A DNA stretch of 42,018 nucleotides from a virus: IMG/VR virus record IMGVR_UViG_3300048851_000040, positions 1 to 42,018 of that record. One strand, given 5' to 3'. Below are positions 30,920 through 40,796 of the stretch, one piece after another. Each line of letters opens with the position of its first letter. Positions within the stretch are counted from its first letter, which is position 1. The notes below the pieces were generated by a model. It was not told the origin of the DNA and made no database searches. It saw nothing but the letters and a program-made list of their open reading frames with translations. A program made the translations under genes and the position numbers.

Positions 30920-33141
30920 TACTTCACCTTCTCCCAGTTTTTAGGGTCAGCGGGATCGCCACCCTTGAACCGGTAGCCATCCTCGACGATCCCTGCTTTA
31001 GGGGCGCCGGAAGGCGCTTGAGTTGACGGCGAGGTCGGAGGCACCGCAAACGCAGCCCCTTGGCCCGAGCTGACCTTGAGGCCCTGGATGGTCGTTTCGC
31101 GATTGCGGCGCTTCTGCTTGATGACCTCTTCGCCATCCCCGGGCTGTGGGAAATACTGCTGGTCAGCGTTCGAAAACTCTTCAGGAGAGATGACCGCGCC
31201 GCTTTCCCGACGAAGGACTGCGTTGATGAAGTCGCGCTTTGCCTGTGTGTACTTCTGCGCATCGTCGGATTTGGCGAAGTTGCCAACGACGGGTACTGCA
31301 TCAGCCACCTTGTTGATTACGCTCGTTCCCTCGCCTTCAAGCGTGTTCAGCGTCTTGTGGCTCTCGATACCGCGACCATAGAAGCCGGTATTGCGCCCTT
31401 CGGACTCGGTGAGCTTCGGCATGTTGCCGACAGTCCCCTCAGTGAGCGTAACCGTGCCGTCCGGGTTGGTGGTCAAGGACATTCCAGAGCGCGCCTTGAC
31501 GCCGCCAACGCGATCATAGCTGCGGGTCTGAGGGTTATACTGAGCCTTGTAGGGCTGGCCGGTCGCCTCGTCGAATAGCTCGACGATCTGGGGGGCTTTC
31601 GCCGTGCCGTTGTAAATGACCGTACCGTCACTCTTGCGCACAAGATCGTTTCCTACGACTGCGGTGTCGTTATCAGGCTTGGCGAAGTTGCCGACCTTCT
31701 CGATCGCCCCTGTCACCTGATTGGCGCGCGCCAGCGTTCCATCGGGCAGGTTGACGAACTGCCACGGCTCGGAGGTCTTGCCGGTCGCGTTCTGCTGCCA
31801 GAGCTGCAAGCCTGCCTGACGGAGGTTCTTGTCTCGAAGCATGAGCTGGATAAGCTTGGGATCGGCCCCGCCGCGCTGGATAGGCGTGACACCGGCCGCG
31901 AGCAGGTTGGATTGCTCCTGCGGCTGCTGGGGCTGCATCTGAGGCTGTTGTGATGGCTGGGGAGCGAAGGCGGCGGCAGGAGGGGCGCCAGAGCCACCTG
32001 CGCCTGAGCGGGCCTGGGCAGCGGAAACAGCTTCCTGTTCGCTCCCAAACCTTGGGAATGGTTGCCCCGTCTGCGCTTCATACTTGCGCATGGCCCCCAT
32101 GATGCCTTCCTCATCATCAGGGTTGAATTGCTTAGGACCGCTTGGCCCCATCCAAAGAGACGGAACGTTTGCCCATGACCCATCGGGGAGCTGCCAAGTC
32201 GTGCTCACCTCTGTGGAATATGACCCATCGGGATTTGAACGCCGCTCACTCGGCCCGAATGGGCGCAAGGTTCCCATTGCATCAGACAGGCCTTCTCGCC
32301 CTTGGGCGACCTGCGCGCCACCGCCAAACCGGCCAGCATCGAAACCCTGCGGGCGGGAATTGGGCGCCGACACCATCGGATCGACATAACCGGAACGTGG
32401 TGCTGCCTGCTCGATCGCTGCTGCTGCCGGGTTCCCCTTGCCGAATTCCTGGGCATAGTAGTTCTGTGTCAGGGCACGACGGCGCGCAGCCTCTCCGCCC
32501 TGCTGATCGTACCCGGCAAACCGCCATGCGTTCGCCATCGTATCGGCTGCTTCCTGGGGGGATTTCGCCTGATTGAGGCGTTCGATCAGGCCCGGATCTT
32601 CGTTAAGGAAGAATTCGGCTTGCGTCTGCGGAGAGATCGAGCCGAGCCGTTCGCCTTTCTGCGCCGCAAAGGTCTGGAGCGCCTGAAGCCGCGGGCCACG
32701 CCATGACAGGATGCCGCCGGACGTACCCGGCTGACCGGACACGGAAGGGTCGGCCCATGTGGCGTTCGCCTTCTCGGGAGACCAGCCGCTTTCCGCCCTG
32801 CCGGTCGCCGCAACCGCAGCAAGGCCGTAAGGGTTGTTGATCCGGCCTTTGACGGTTTCGATAAACGGCTGATAGGTGCTTCCCTGTGCTGGACCGCGAG
32901 AGACGGGACCAACGGGCGCAGCAGCATAGGAGGAGGCCGTCGAGGTGATCGGGGCCGGAGAGGTCGGGGCAAATGGGGCGGTCGTCTGGCCTTCAGCAAT
33001 CAGGTCAGCAAGCTTGTTGAACGACTTGTTTTCCTTATGCTGTTCGATGCCCTTTCCGATCGAACCGAAGACATCGCCGATCCATGAGAAATCGGACTGC
33101 GGGATTTGCGCGCTGGGGACGAGGAGGTTTGCGATCGGCAT
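30919..33141 (-). CDS. Internal virion / ejection protein with putative muralytic domain
   Basis: 740 aa. ..GLAAVAATGRAESGWSPEKANATWADPS...GGILSWRGPRLQAL.. resembles phage tail lysozyme-type domains. Confidence 0.55.
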   Translation of the reverse strand: MPIANLLVPSAQIPQSDFSWIGDVFGSIGKGIEQHKENKSFNKLADLIAEGQTTAPFAPTSPAPITSTASSYAAAPVGPVSRGPAQGSTYQPFIETVKGRINNPYGLAAVAATGRAESGWSPEKANATWADPSVSGQPGTSGGILSWRGPRLQALQTFAAQKGERLGSISPQTQAEFFLNEDPGLIERLNQAKSPQEAADTMANAWRFAGYDQQGGEAARRRALTQNYYAQEFGKGNPAAAAIEQAAPRSGYVDPMVSAPNSRPQGFDAGRFGGGAQVAQGREGLSDAMGTLRPFGPSERRSNPDGSYSTEVSTTWQLPDGSWANVPSLWMGPSGPKQFNPDDEEGIMGAMRKYEAQTGQPFPRFGSEQEAVSAAQARSGAGGSGAPPAAAFAPQPSQQPQMQPQQPQEQSNLLAAGVTPIQRGGADPKLIQLMLRDKNLRQAGLQLWQQNATGKTSEPWQFVNLPDGTLARANQVTGAIEKVGNFAKPDNDTAVVGNDLVRKSDGTVIYNGTAKAPQIVELFDEATGQPYKAQYNPQTRSYDRVGGVKARSGMSLTTNPDGTVTLTEGTVGNMPKLTESEGRNTGFYGRGIESHKTLNTLEGEGTSVINKVADAVPVVGNFAKSDDAQKYTQAKRDFINAVLRRESGAVISPEEFSNADQQYFPQPGDGEEVIKQKRRNRETTIQGLKVSSGQGAAFAVPPTSPSTQAPSGAPKAGIVEDGYRFKGGDPADPKNWEKVK

Positions 33142-33818
33142 TAGAACAGGCCTCCCGTTGCAAGCTTCATGCCGCCGCTCAGAATGTTGCCGAACAGGCC
33201 AGCGCCGGCCGCCTTGTTGGCTTCCTGACCGCTTGCCATCTGGTTGTTGACCCCCATCCTGCCCTGAACAACGCCGCTCGCGAGCCCGAGCCGGTCATCT
33301 GTCGTGCCCTGGTAGAGGCTTGCGAGACCGCCATATCCGTTCGCCTGCCCTGCCGCGGCATTCATTCCGGTATTGGTCAGGCCGTTGAGCCGATCAAGCC
33401 ATGACCCATATTCCTGATTGGCAACGCCCTGCCCGTATTCGTTCAGTGCCGTCAGCGTGTTGCCGCTGTTGAGCATGCCAGCCGCAGAAGCGCCACGGAG
33501 AGCGGATTGCTCACCCTGCTTCAGAGCGAAATCATAGCCTGGGCCTGTCTGGAATGCCCCGGTTGCCGCTGCATTCCCAGCCTCGCCGTTGAGGCCAAGC
33601 GCGTTCGAATACATACCGACAGCGCCGGCCCCAGCCTTGGCATAGGGATCGTATACGCCGATCGCACTGTTAAGAGCGCCCTCAGACTTCTTCTCGCCCG
33701 TATCGATGAACTGATTGCCCTTGGTCTCCAGACCGGTGAGGAGTTCATCGTTCTTCTTCGAGGCCTTGATTACCGCCTTGCCAGCGTCAAGACCAAGCAT
33801 GCCAGACAAAAAGCCCAT
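33141..33818 (-). CDS. Gly/Ala/Asn-rich internal virion protein
   Basis: 225 aa. Composition and position are typical of podovirus ejection proteins. Confidence 0.5.
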   Translation of the reverse strand: MGFLSGMLGLDAGKAVIKASKKNDELLTGLETKGNQFIDTGEKKSEGALNSAIGVYDPYAKAGAGAVGMYSNALGLNGEAGNAAATGAFQTGPGYDFALKQGEQSALRGASAAGMLNSGNTLTALNEYGQGVANQEYGSWLDRLNGLTNTGMNAAAGQANGYGGLASLYQGTTDDRLGLASGVVQGRMGVNNQMASGQEANKAAGAGLFGNILSGGMKLATGGLF

Positions 33819-33982
33819 CAGGGGTTCTCCAAATCATAGGTCCGGCGCTCGACATCGCGCATATGATCGTCGAGGCGCTTGAACCAGAGGTACCAGGTGC
33901 GGGTCACAAAGCCGGTCTTGGGATCGACGAGCGGTTCTGTGGGTGGAGGGATTGGAGGAAGCGGGTCTAGTGTCGTCGCCAT
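33818..33982 (-). CDS. Small virion-module protein (54 aa, not in ORF track)
   Basis: MATTLDPLPPIPPPTEPLVDPKTGFVTRTWYLWFKRLDDHMRDVERRTYDLENP. It exactly fills the gap, and its stop overlaps the next ATG. Confidence 0.55.
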   Translation of the reverse strand: MATTLDPLPPIPPPTEPLVDPKTGFVTRTWYLWFKRLDDHMRDVERRTYDLENP

Positions 33983-35410
33983 TTATCTCGACCTCGGTAT
34001 GACATCCATCTGGCCCGATCCCAGGGACACATAGACAGGATCGGCGATATCGGCTTTCCAGACGCGCCCGTAAGGACCAGTGACGCCGCAGCGGTTGATG
34101 GATATGCGATTGCCGAAGCGCCCCACCCCGCCGAGCTTCCTCATGAGCGGGGTTCCGAACGTCACGCCGCCGTCATCCGACCATGAAATGAGGACAACCG
34201 GGTCCGTCTCGATCGGCTCCTCACCGGCAACGAGGCCCTGACCGACGATGAAGTCGAAATCCGCCCTCGGGATTGATACCCTGTTCGGAAAGCCGCTCAT
34301 CGGCTGCGACATCACGGTCATGACAAGCGGTTCAGTGCCTTCCCGGTGGAGATCCGGATCGAGCATCCAGACCTGTCCGGTTTCGCGGTCGCCCATGACC
34401 CACCCGCCAAAAGCCTGGGCCGAGCAGATCGCCCGCCAGTTATCTCGCTCGTAACTGCGGCGCTCGTGCCAGAGGCCGGTCTGGACCTCGTATTCCCATG
34501 TGAATTCGGGACCAGTAACCGCAACCCAGTTATGCCCGGAGGTAACCGAGACCGTCACGTCAAGCGTGGTCTTGTCGGCAACCTGTTCAATCAGGCGATC
34601 GAGGTCAGGCGTGGAGATCTTGGTCGGGGAATAACCGCCTCCCAAAAGATAGACACCGTTATCGTCACCGACGAACACGATCGACGAGAAGCCGTCCTCA
34701 AAGCCGGCAATTGCGAATGTCGAGGCGATACCGCGGGGAATGACCGCAGCCCGGGAGAATGGAGAGCCCGTAGCGTTGCCCGAGTTCTGCCAGACCTCGA
34801 TAGACGATGGACCGCAAAGCAGCAGCATTTCGCCGTAAGGATAGGCGCCAAGGATGCCGCCCGGTCTGTTTTCGGCCTTCCCGAAGTCCAGCGCCGAAAC
34901 CGTCGTGTCGTTGATGCCCGAGAAGAACACCCGCCCGTCGCGAATGGCGAAGATGAAGTAGCCGGCGAGGAAACAGCCGGTGATAGGCTGCGGAAGATCC
35001 GCCTCGCCCAGAGAAGCCGGGGGCGCGATATCATCGACCACATAAACGTCGTTCTCGGTCACGCAGAGGATATCCGGGACCGGGGCCTTGTTGTTGCGGG
35101 CGAACGTTACCCGGCCTTCACCGGGAAGCTCGCCAAGGTCAGTGATGACATAGGCTCCGAGTACCACAGTCACCTTCAGCAACCGCTCGGCCTGGGCGAT
35201 ATAGAGGGTGCTGCTGCCGTCATAGTGCATGCCGCGCATGCCGACATGCTCGCTCACGCCCATGACCTGGAGACCAGGAACACGGCGGCGGGCGAACGGA
35301 GCCCTTGCGCCCTCGCCCAGCTTCTCGGCATAACAATTGATCAGCCGGCCGGCGCCTTCACCTGGGCGGGCACCCGGCGCCGTCGTGATCGGGAATGGGA
35401 TTTCGACCAT
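33983..35410 (-). CDS. P22 gp10-like tail hub / packaged-DNA stabilisation protein
   Basis: 475 aa. ..GRLINCYAE.. and ..GPSSIEVWQNSGNATGSPFS.. parallel P22 gp10 (recalled). Confidence 0.6.
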   Translation of the reverse strand: MVEIPFPITTAPGARPGEGAGRLINCYAEKLGEGARAPFARRRVPGLQVMGVSEHVGMRGMHYDGSSTLYIAQAERLLKVTVVLGAYVITDLGELPGEGRVTFARNNKAPVPDILCVTENDVYVVDDIAPPASLGEADLPQPITGCFLAGYFIFAIRDGRVFFSGINDTTVSALDFGKAENRPGGILGAYPYGEMLLLCGPSSIEVWQNSGNATGSPFSRAAVIPRGIASTFAIAGFEDGFSSIVFVGDDNGVYLLGGGYSPTKISTPDLDRLIEQVADKTTLDVTVSVTSGHNWVAVTGPEFTWEYEVQTGLWHERRSYERDNWRAICSAQAFGGWVMGDRETGQVWMLDPDLHREGTEPLVMTVMSQPMSGFPNRVSIPRADFDFIVGQGLVAGEEPIETDPVVLISWSDDGGVTFGTPLMRKLGGVGRFGNRISINRCGVTGPYGRVWKADIADPVYVSLGSGQMDVIPRSR

Positions 35411-35411
35411 G

Positions 35412-35759
35412 TTAGAAGTAGTCCACGGCGAGAGTGGAACCGTCCACGAATGTTGACGGCTTCATTGCCTGGATGCGCCTCTCGGCATCGAGAACCCGGC
35501 CCGGATCGCGAGCCTGCCCGAATGCGGGGGCCGCTAGATCGCCAAGGATGGTCGCGAGAGGGTCGATATACTGCTCTTCGAATTCTTCCGTATCGGCCGA
35601 CCAGAAGATGTCACGCTCGTTCAGTTCTGCCAGCTTCCCGTCGATAACGTCGTCGATTTCCTGAACGTCCTCGGCCTCGGGGGGTTGACCCGCTCCAATG
35701 ACATTGAGGAGCTTGAGGGTGGCGGTAATCAGGTCAGCTCTGGTCTTCATATCCGCCAC
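35412..35759 (-). CDS. P22 gp4-like head-tail adaptor
   Basis: MADMKTRADLITATLKLLNVIGAGQPPEAEDVQEIDDVIDGKLAEL parallels the P22 gp4 N-terminus (recalled). Confidence 0.6.
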   Translation of the reverse strand: MADMKTRADLITATLKLLNVIGAGQPPEAEDVQEIDDVIDGKLAELNERDIFWSADTEEFEEQYIDPLATILGDLAAPAFGQARDPGRVLDAERRIQAMKPSTFVDGSTLAVDYF

Positions 35760-35767
35760 TCCTCAGT

Positions 35768-36121
35768 TCACTTGACGTATTCGGCCTTGTCCTCGGCGGA
35801 CATGGCGTTGAATGCGTCGGCATCTTCCTTGCTGAGGCCGTCACGGACTTCCTCGGCACCCTGCATGATCGACCAAGAACCACGGCCCCGATGAACGGCG
35901 CTGAGTTCGCTGGTTGTGCCGGAGGCGGGCTTGGGAGCCGTCTCGGCTGCCTTCTTGGCTTCTGCCTTGCTTTCGCTGACCTCGAAGAACCGGTTCCCCC
36001 GGAACTTCGCGAGGTGGTCAGGATTGGTGACTTCGACGGACTTCTTGCCCTTGAAATCATAGCCGAACTGGCTGGTTTCCTCGTTTTCGCCGGGTCCCGG
36101 CTTATACGTTACGGTTGCCAT
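35768..36121 (-). CDS. Hypothetical virion-module protein
   Basis: 117 aa. Confidence 0.55.
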   Translation of the reverse strand: MATVTYKPGPGENEETSQFGYDFKGKKSVEVTNPDHLAKFRGNRFFEVSESKAEAKKAAETAPKPASGTTSELSAVHRGRGSWSIMQGAEEVRDGLSKEDADAFNAMSAEDKAEYVK

Positions 36122-36133
36122 GGGGCTTCTCCC

Positions 36134-36529
36134 TTAGTTGCGGGTGTAGTAGGCGATGACGATCTGGCCAGCGCCCGTCGTTGCCGCCGTACCGGTGAGA
36201 ACCACCGTGGCGGTGACCTCGACATCGGCTGTGCCAACGTACGAGCTGACGGCTTCATCGAGCGGGATGAGGCCGGCAACGCCGAGCGCAAGGTCAGTGC
36301 CGAAAAGGTCATCGTCTGCCGCTGTGCCGATGTCGAGCACGTTGCTGGTGCCCGCGTTGAACACGGTGGAGACGTTGACGCCGGAAATCGCCTTTGCGAT
36401 CACGGCATGAGCCGGCAACGTGCCGACCTTGAGAACCTTGCCGTTGTCGCCAAAGACGAAGTCCTTACGGAGGTACTGGATGTTCTGGTAGAGATCGTCC
36501 CGCGCGGGGGCTGCGTTATTGAGAGGCAT
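36134..36529 (-). CDS. Putative capsid decoration / accessory protein
   Basis: 131 aa, beta-rich, directly after the capsid gene. Confidence 0.4.
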   Translation of the reverse strand: MPLNNAAPARDDLYQNIQYLRKDFVFGDNGKVLKVGTLPAHAVIAKAISGVNVSTVFNAGTSNVLDIGTAADDDLFGTDLALGVAGLIPLDEAVSSYVGTADVEVTATVVLTGTAATTGAGQIVIAYYTRN

Positions 36530-36555
36530 GGTTTTGCCCTTTCCTGATGGTGAAT

Positions 36556-36582
36556 GAGAAAAGGGGCGAGTTTCCCCGCCCC
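36556..36582 (-). terminator. Rho-independent terminator immediately after the major capsid gene
   Basis: The minus strand reads GGGGCG GGGAAACT CGCCCC TTTTCT, 8 nt after the capsid stop. Confidence 0.7.
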
Positions 36583-36589
36583 ATGCCTA

Positions 36590-37738
36590 TCAGCCGTTGG
36601 CGGCAGCAGAGACGAACAGGGTAAAGACACCCCACTGCTTCAAGGCGCCGGCCGTCGTCTTCTTGAACATCTTGGCCACGCCGTAGGCCATTTCCGTGCC
36701 CACGCCGTTGATGAAGCCGTAATCATCTTCCTTGCGGAACGTCGGCTTCGCCATCTGGCCCCAGGCAACAACGGCTGCCTGCTGGCCGCAGAGGAACACC
36801 GGCTCGACACGCGAAGAAGCGGCACCGGCCGTCAGGAGGGTGGTCCAGACGTTGGTGACGAACTTCGAGATTTCCGGAACCTTGCGGATGATGACGCCAT
36901 CCCAGATCAGATCGCCGTCCTGGAAGAGCGGGTTCTTGTCCATGCCGTTGCCTTCACGGGCGCGGGCATCACGGTTCGCCGCAACGATGGTCGGGTCTGC
37001 CTTCAGGTCGCGGAAAGCGTTGGAGCCCACGAACATGACGTAATATTCGTAGCCGTCGCGTGTCTTGAACGGCTTGATTGCCGGATCGGCAAGTTCGGCC
37101 TGGGACTTCGCGAGGGAGACGGTGGCAGCAGTCAGCTTGTCCGCGGTGGTGTCGATGTTCGCCAATGCCGTGGCGTGGGTGGCATTGTAGTTCGACACTG
37201 CGGCGCCGTAGAGGATGCGATCGGAATTGTCGACGTTCCAGGTGTTCTTCTGGGCAGTCGTCGCAACCTCGTAGCGGACGCCGTTGACGGTATCGCTTTC
37301 GCCAAGGTTCGCCGGCTGGGCTTCAGCAGGCAGAGCCATGAAGGCTTCCACGATATCGTCGCGCTGGCGCTCCAGGCCCCAGTCGGTGAGGAGCGGCTTG
37401 GCTTCCCCGAAGATGTCGGCGGAATCCTTGTGCTGGTCGCTCTTCTTGGTCACGACGGCATTTCTCGCCCAGTCAAGCCAGACGCGCATGCCGTAGTTGT
37501 CGATCTTCTCTTCGTTGCCGACGAGAGTACCGGTACCGACGCCACGGGCCTTGAGCCGGGTGACGAGGGGAATGTTCATCTGATCGCCGCCCGACTTCAG
37601 CTCCTGCCGAATGCGGATGATGGCGGTCAGGTCCTGCCCCATGTAGGGGGAGAACATATTGCCGCGAACGTATTCGCGGTTGATTTCCTTGGTATAGCGG
37701 ACAAGTTTGTTGTTGTCCTGAACCGTAGTCAAGGCCAT
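36590..37738 (-). CDS. Major capsid protein (N4-gp56 / DUF4043-type)
   Basis: 382 aa. MALTTVQDNNKLVRYTKEINREYVRGNMFSPYMG.. follows the scaffold gene. Confidence 0.85.
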   Translation of the reverse strand: MALTTVQDNNKLVRYTKEINREYVRGNMFSPYMGQDLTAIIRIRQELKSGGDQMNIPLVTRLKARGVGTGTLVGNEEKIDNYGMRVWLDWARNAVVTKKSDQHKDSADIFGEAKPLLTDWGLERQRDDIVEAFMALPAEAQPANLGESDTVNGVRYEVATTAQKNTWNVDNSDRILYGAAVSNYNATHATALANIDTTADKLTAATVSLAKSQAELADPAIKPFKTRDGYEYYVMFVGSNAFRDLKADPTIVAANRDARAREGNGMDKNPLFQDGDLIWDGVIIRKVPEISKFVTNVWTTLLTAGAASSRVEPVFLCGQQAAVVAWGQMAKPTFRKEDDYGFINGVGTEMAYGVAKMFKKTTAGALKQWGVFTLFVSAAANG

Positions 37739-37775
37739 AGAGGTCTATCCTTTTGACGGGCGATGCCTGTCTAGG

Positions 37776-38633
37776 TCACCGCATTGCGTGGCTGAAAATC
37801 GCCCCATCGCTCATGTCGTCGTCCGCAGGGGCATTGCCGCCAGCGGGAAGACGAGAGAGAGACGGAGGCAGGCTGGTGAGGGGCTGTGAACGATTGGTGT
37901 TGGACGCCGCACCACTGCGGATGCGCTCCATGATCTTGGCCTGCTCGGTCGGATCACTGAGGCGCTTTTCGATTTCAGCATTCAGCCAGGCATCAGGATC
38001 GTTGCCGACACGGGCAATTGCCTGCTGCTGTTTGTGCCATGCCACCAGATCCCCGAAGGGATGCCGAGACTGCATGAGCTTCTGAACGACCTGCTGGCCT
38101 TCAGGGGTTCTTGCAGCCTGTTCGATCGCCTGTTTTGCAGCTTCGACGGTTTCGGCGCCGTGCTGTGTAACCGCCATGTTCTCCGAGACGAATTCTCTCA
38201 TCTCGAGTATCTGTTTCTGAACAGGCGTGATCTGGCTTTCAAACTGGGCCTTCAGGAAAGCGTCAGGATCATCGAAGATCGATGCCGGGGGCTGTTCCTG
38301 CTGAGGCTGCGGAGCTGGCTGGCGGGTTGCCTGGACCATTCCGCGGAGTTCCGCGATCTCGCGACGTAGGGCCGCTGCATCTGCTTCGGCTTCACGGCGC
38401 TTTTCCGCTTCGGCCTTCAACCGAGCCTGGGGAATACCGCCCTGAGGGTGGGGTTCTTCCTGGCCGGCCTGTGCTTCTGCGATCGGCTCGACAATTGCCG
38501 CCGGCTGTTCTTCAGCCTTTGGCGCAAATCGTCCGGTTTCGTCGCGTGGCTGGGATGGCTGTTCCTGCTGAACAGGGGTTTCTACCGGCGCAGCACCGCT
38601 GTCACCGGACATGATTTCGTCCAGTTCGTTCAC
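37776..38633 (-). CDS. Scaffolding protein
   Basis: 285 aa, acidic, Q/E/A-rich and helical, between portal and capsid. GTG start with AGGAG 7 nt upstream. Confidence 0.7.
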   Translation of the reverse strand: MNELDEIMSGDSGAAPVETPVQQEQPSQPRDETGRFAPKAEEQPAAIVEPIAEAQAGQEEPHPQGGIPQARLKAEAEKRREAEADAAALRREIAELRGMVQATRQPAPQPQQEQPPASIFDDPDAFLKAQFESQITPVQKQILEMREFVSENMAVTQHGAETVEAAKQAIEQAARTPEGQQVVQKLMQSRHPFGDLVAWHKQQQAIARVGNDPDAWLNAEIEKRLSDPTEQAKIMERIRSGAASNTNRSQPLTSLPPSLSRLPAGGNAPADDDMSDGAIFSHAMR

Positions 38634-38762
38634 TGTAGTCTCCTGGTCGTGGGAGGGTTCACGGATCGCCCATATGCCTGGCGGCGGCTTTCGCCCGTCT
38701 AGTCGGCGGCACTCTGCTTGTTACGGACAAGCGGCCGAAATCGCCCTTGAGGATGGCGGCTC

Positions 38763-40772
38763 CTACTTTTGCGCTGTGAAGCTTTCTTTCGCTTGGCGAA
38801 TGTCAGCACCCTTGAACGCAAATCTCTCTTCGCGGCTCCGCTCCTGCTCGGCCTGCTGGTTTGCCATTTCGACCGGGGCAAGCGCCGTCTCGGTCTGTAT
38901 CTTCTCGGTTTCCGCCATCAGCTTGACGGTTCCGGCATCCTTGTTGCGGATCTCGGCCTCTGCCTTGGCGGCGTCGATCATGTTCGGACCCTGGCCTGGC
39001 TGCTGCATGCCGGCTGTGCCTGCGTCAGCCATCGCCTTGATGGCCTGGGCTTCCTTCAGCTTGGCCGAGGCCTGCGTTTCCGCGACTTCGGCCTGTGCTC
39101 CAGCCATCGCGAGCGGGTTCGGCTGAGCGGCCTTCTGCTCTTCCTTGTCCAGGATATCGAAAGCCTTTTTCTTAACCTTGCCGGGAAGATTGGACATCTC
39201 GATATACAGGCGGGGCGGTACCGGCTGCCCCTTGGACGCCATGATCGTGAGCGTTTCATAGATCTCCTGCTGCTCATTGATCGTGTCGGGGCCTTCATCG
39301 ATGATGATATCGACATCAAGCGAGCCGAGAGCGTTGACGAGAGCAGGAGCGCCCGTGTTCGGATCCGTCCCCATCTGGTTGACGGCGAAGAACTGCGCCA
39401 CCTGATCGTCATCGGTCACGCGAATCCAGCGCTCCGAAGTCCAGTGCAGACGCACAGCGTTCCACAGCGCCCGGTAAACGCGGATCTTCCAGCCCCGGAA
39501 GGCGAGCAGATACGGGCCAAGCTCGGCAATGCCGGCCTGCTGCTGGATCTGCATCGCACGGCCAGAGAGCTTATCGACGCCCTGTCCCATCAGGGCCGGG
39601 TTGAAGCCGTAGTTCTCGATCTCGTTCTTGGCGTCTTCCAAGAAGGCCAATTGACCCGTTAGTTCGGCTCCTTTGGCATTGTCGTCGAACTGCGGTGCCT
39701 GCGATCCTTGAGGGTAGGTGATAACCCCGTCAGGCCGAGCCGCTTCCCGTCTGGTCTTTTCAACGTCGTGGCCTTCCCCCGTTGGGAGGATAATGCGGCG
39801 GCTGTTGAGGATATGCAGGCCCTTGGAGCGGCGCTGATTGATCTCGTCCTGGCTGGAGCGCATGTTGCGCACGAAGCCGTACCGGTCGCCCTCGTGGTCG
39901 ATATTGGCGGAATACATGATGTACTTGCATTCCGTCTTGCCCTTCTCGTCCTTGTAGGGCGAGACGCCTTCAGCAAGGATCGTGGACCCGGTGTAGACGC
40001 AATAGCGCCATTCGCCGCCCTTGATGTACCAATGGTCGATGACGCGGATTCTCTTGCCGTTCTCCCCCGTCGAATACCACTTGTTGTCCGTGTCCGGGTT
40101 GCTGGTCAGCTCGGAACCGGTCTCCAGCGATGCACGGATTTCCTCCTCCTTGTCCGGGAACTGCTCGACGAGAGCGTCGATATCGGCCCATTTACCAATG
40201 CCCATGTAACGAGCGTCGGAGAAATCCCACTTCAGCGAGCGAGGGTCATAGAAGAATGAGGACGGGTCAACGACATCGAAGCCGACTTCCACGTCGCCGC
40301 GGTCGCCCTGTTCCAGGATCATCTCAATGCCGGCAATGCCATCGACAGCGCCATTCATGCCGCAGATCGGTGACTTCGTGCCCCATTCCTGTTCATCGCA
40401 GATATAGCGCAGCACGGCGGTCGCGATCTCGGCGCCTTCCTCGTGCTTGGGAGTACGGGGGTATCCTCTGGGGTCCTGCTTCTGACGCTCCAGAAGACCG
40501 ACAACGGCATTGATCTTGCGGCCGATGCGATTGTACGTGACGACCGGCTGCTTGCGCTTGCCGAAGACCTTGATCTGCTCGGCAGTGTATTGAACGCCAT
40601 GGTAATAGCGCCGCGCGTTCTGCTGCTCCTTGATTTCCTCGTTCTTGGTTTCGAGATAGGCCAGATAGCCCTTCTTGAGCGTCAGGTGATCGACGGACGC
40701 AACTTCCTGCGTCGGTCCCTGTGCCGGACCGCTGCCTTGTGCGTAACCTGTGTGATTGGCTGCAAGCATCAA
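38763..40772 (-). CDS. Portal protein
   Basis: 669 aa. Size, position and an acidic C-terminal helical tail fit a portal. Confidence 0.85.
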   Translation of the reverse strand: MMLAANHTGYAQGSGPAQGPTQEVASVDHLTLKKGYLAYLETKNEEIKEQQNARRYYHGVQYTAEQIKVFGKRKQPVVTYNRIGRKINAVVGLLERQKQDPRGYPRTPKHEEGAEIATAVLRYICDEQEWGTKSPICGMNGAVDGIAGIEMILEQGDRGDVEVGFDVVDPSSFFYDPRSLKWDFSDARYMGIGKWADIDALVEQFPDKEEEIRASLETGSELTSNPDTDNKWYSTGENGKRIRVIDHWYIKGGEWRYCVYTGSTILAEGVSPYKDEKGKTECKYIMYSANIDHEGDRYGFVRNMRSSQDEINQRRSKGLHILNSRRIILPTGEGHDVEKTRREAARPDGVITYPQGSQAPQFDDNAKGAELTGQLAFLEDAKNEIENYGFNPALMGQGVDKLSGRAMQIQQQAGIAELGPYLLAFRGWKIRVYRALWNAVRLHWTSERWIRVTDDDQVAQFFAVNQMGTDPNTGAPALVNALGSLDVDIIIDEGPDTINEQQEIYETLTIMASKGQPVPPRLYIEMSNLPGKVKKKAFDILDKEEQKAAQPNPLAMAGAQAEVAETQASAKLKEAQAIKAMADAGTAGMQQPGQGPNMIDAAKAEAEIRNKDAGTVKLMAETEKIQTETALAPVEMANQQAEQERSREERFAFKGADIRQAKESFTAQK

Positions 40773-40796
40773 TGGGTCATCCAGTGGCTAGGGCTG

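Noticed and set aside
34346-35647. Long plus-strand ORFs antisense to structural genes: 34346..35647 (433 aa), 36554..37756 (400 aa), 38769..39662 (297 aa), 39708..40259 and others.
   Set aside because: They lie entirely opposite well-supported minus-strand genes (gp10-like, capsid, portal). Their Arg/Gly/Asp/His-rich low-complexity composition is typical of shadow ORFs in GC-rich DNA, and they lack RBSs or operon context.
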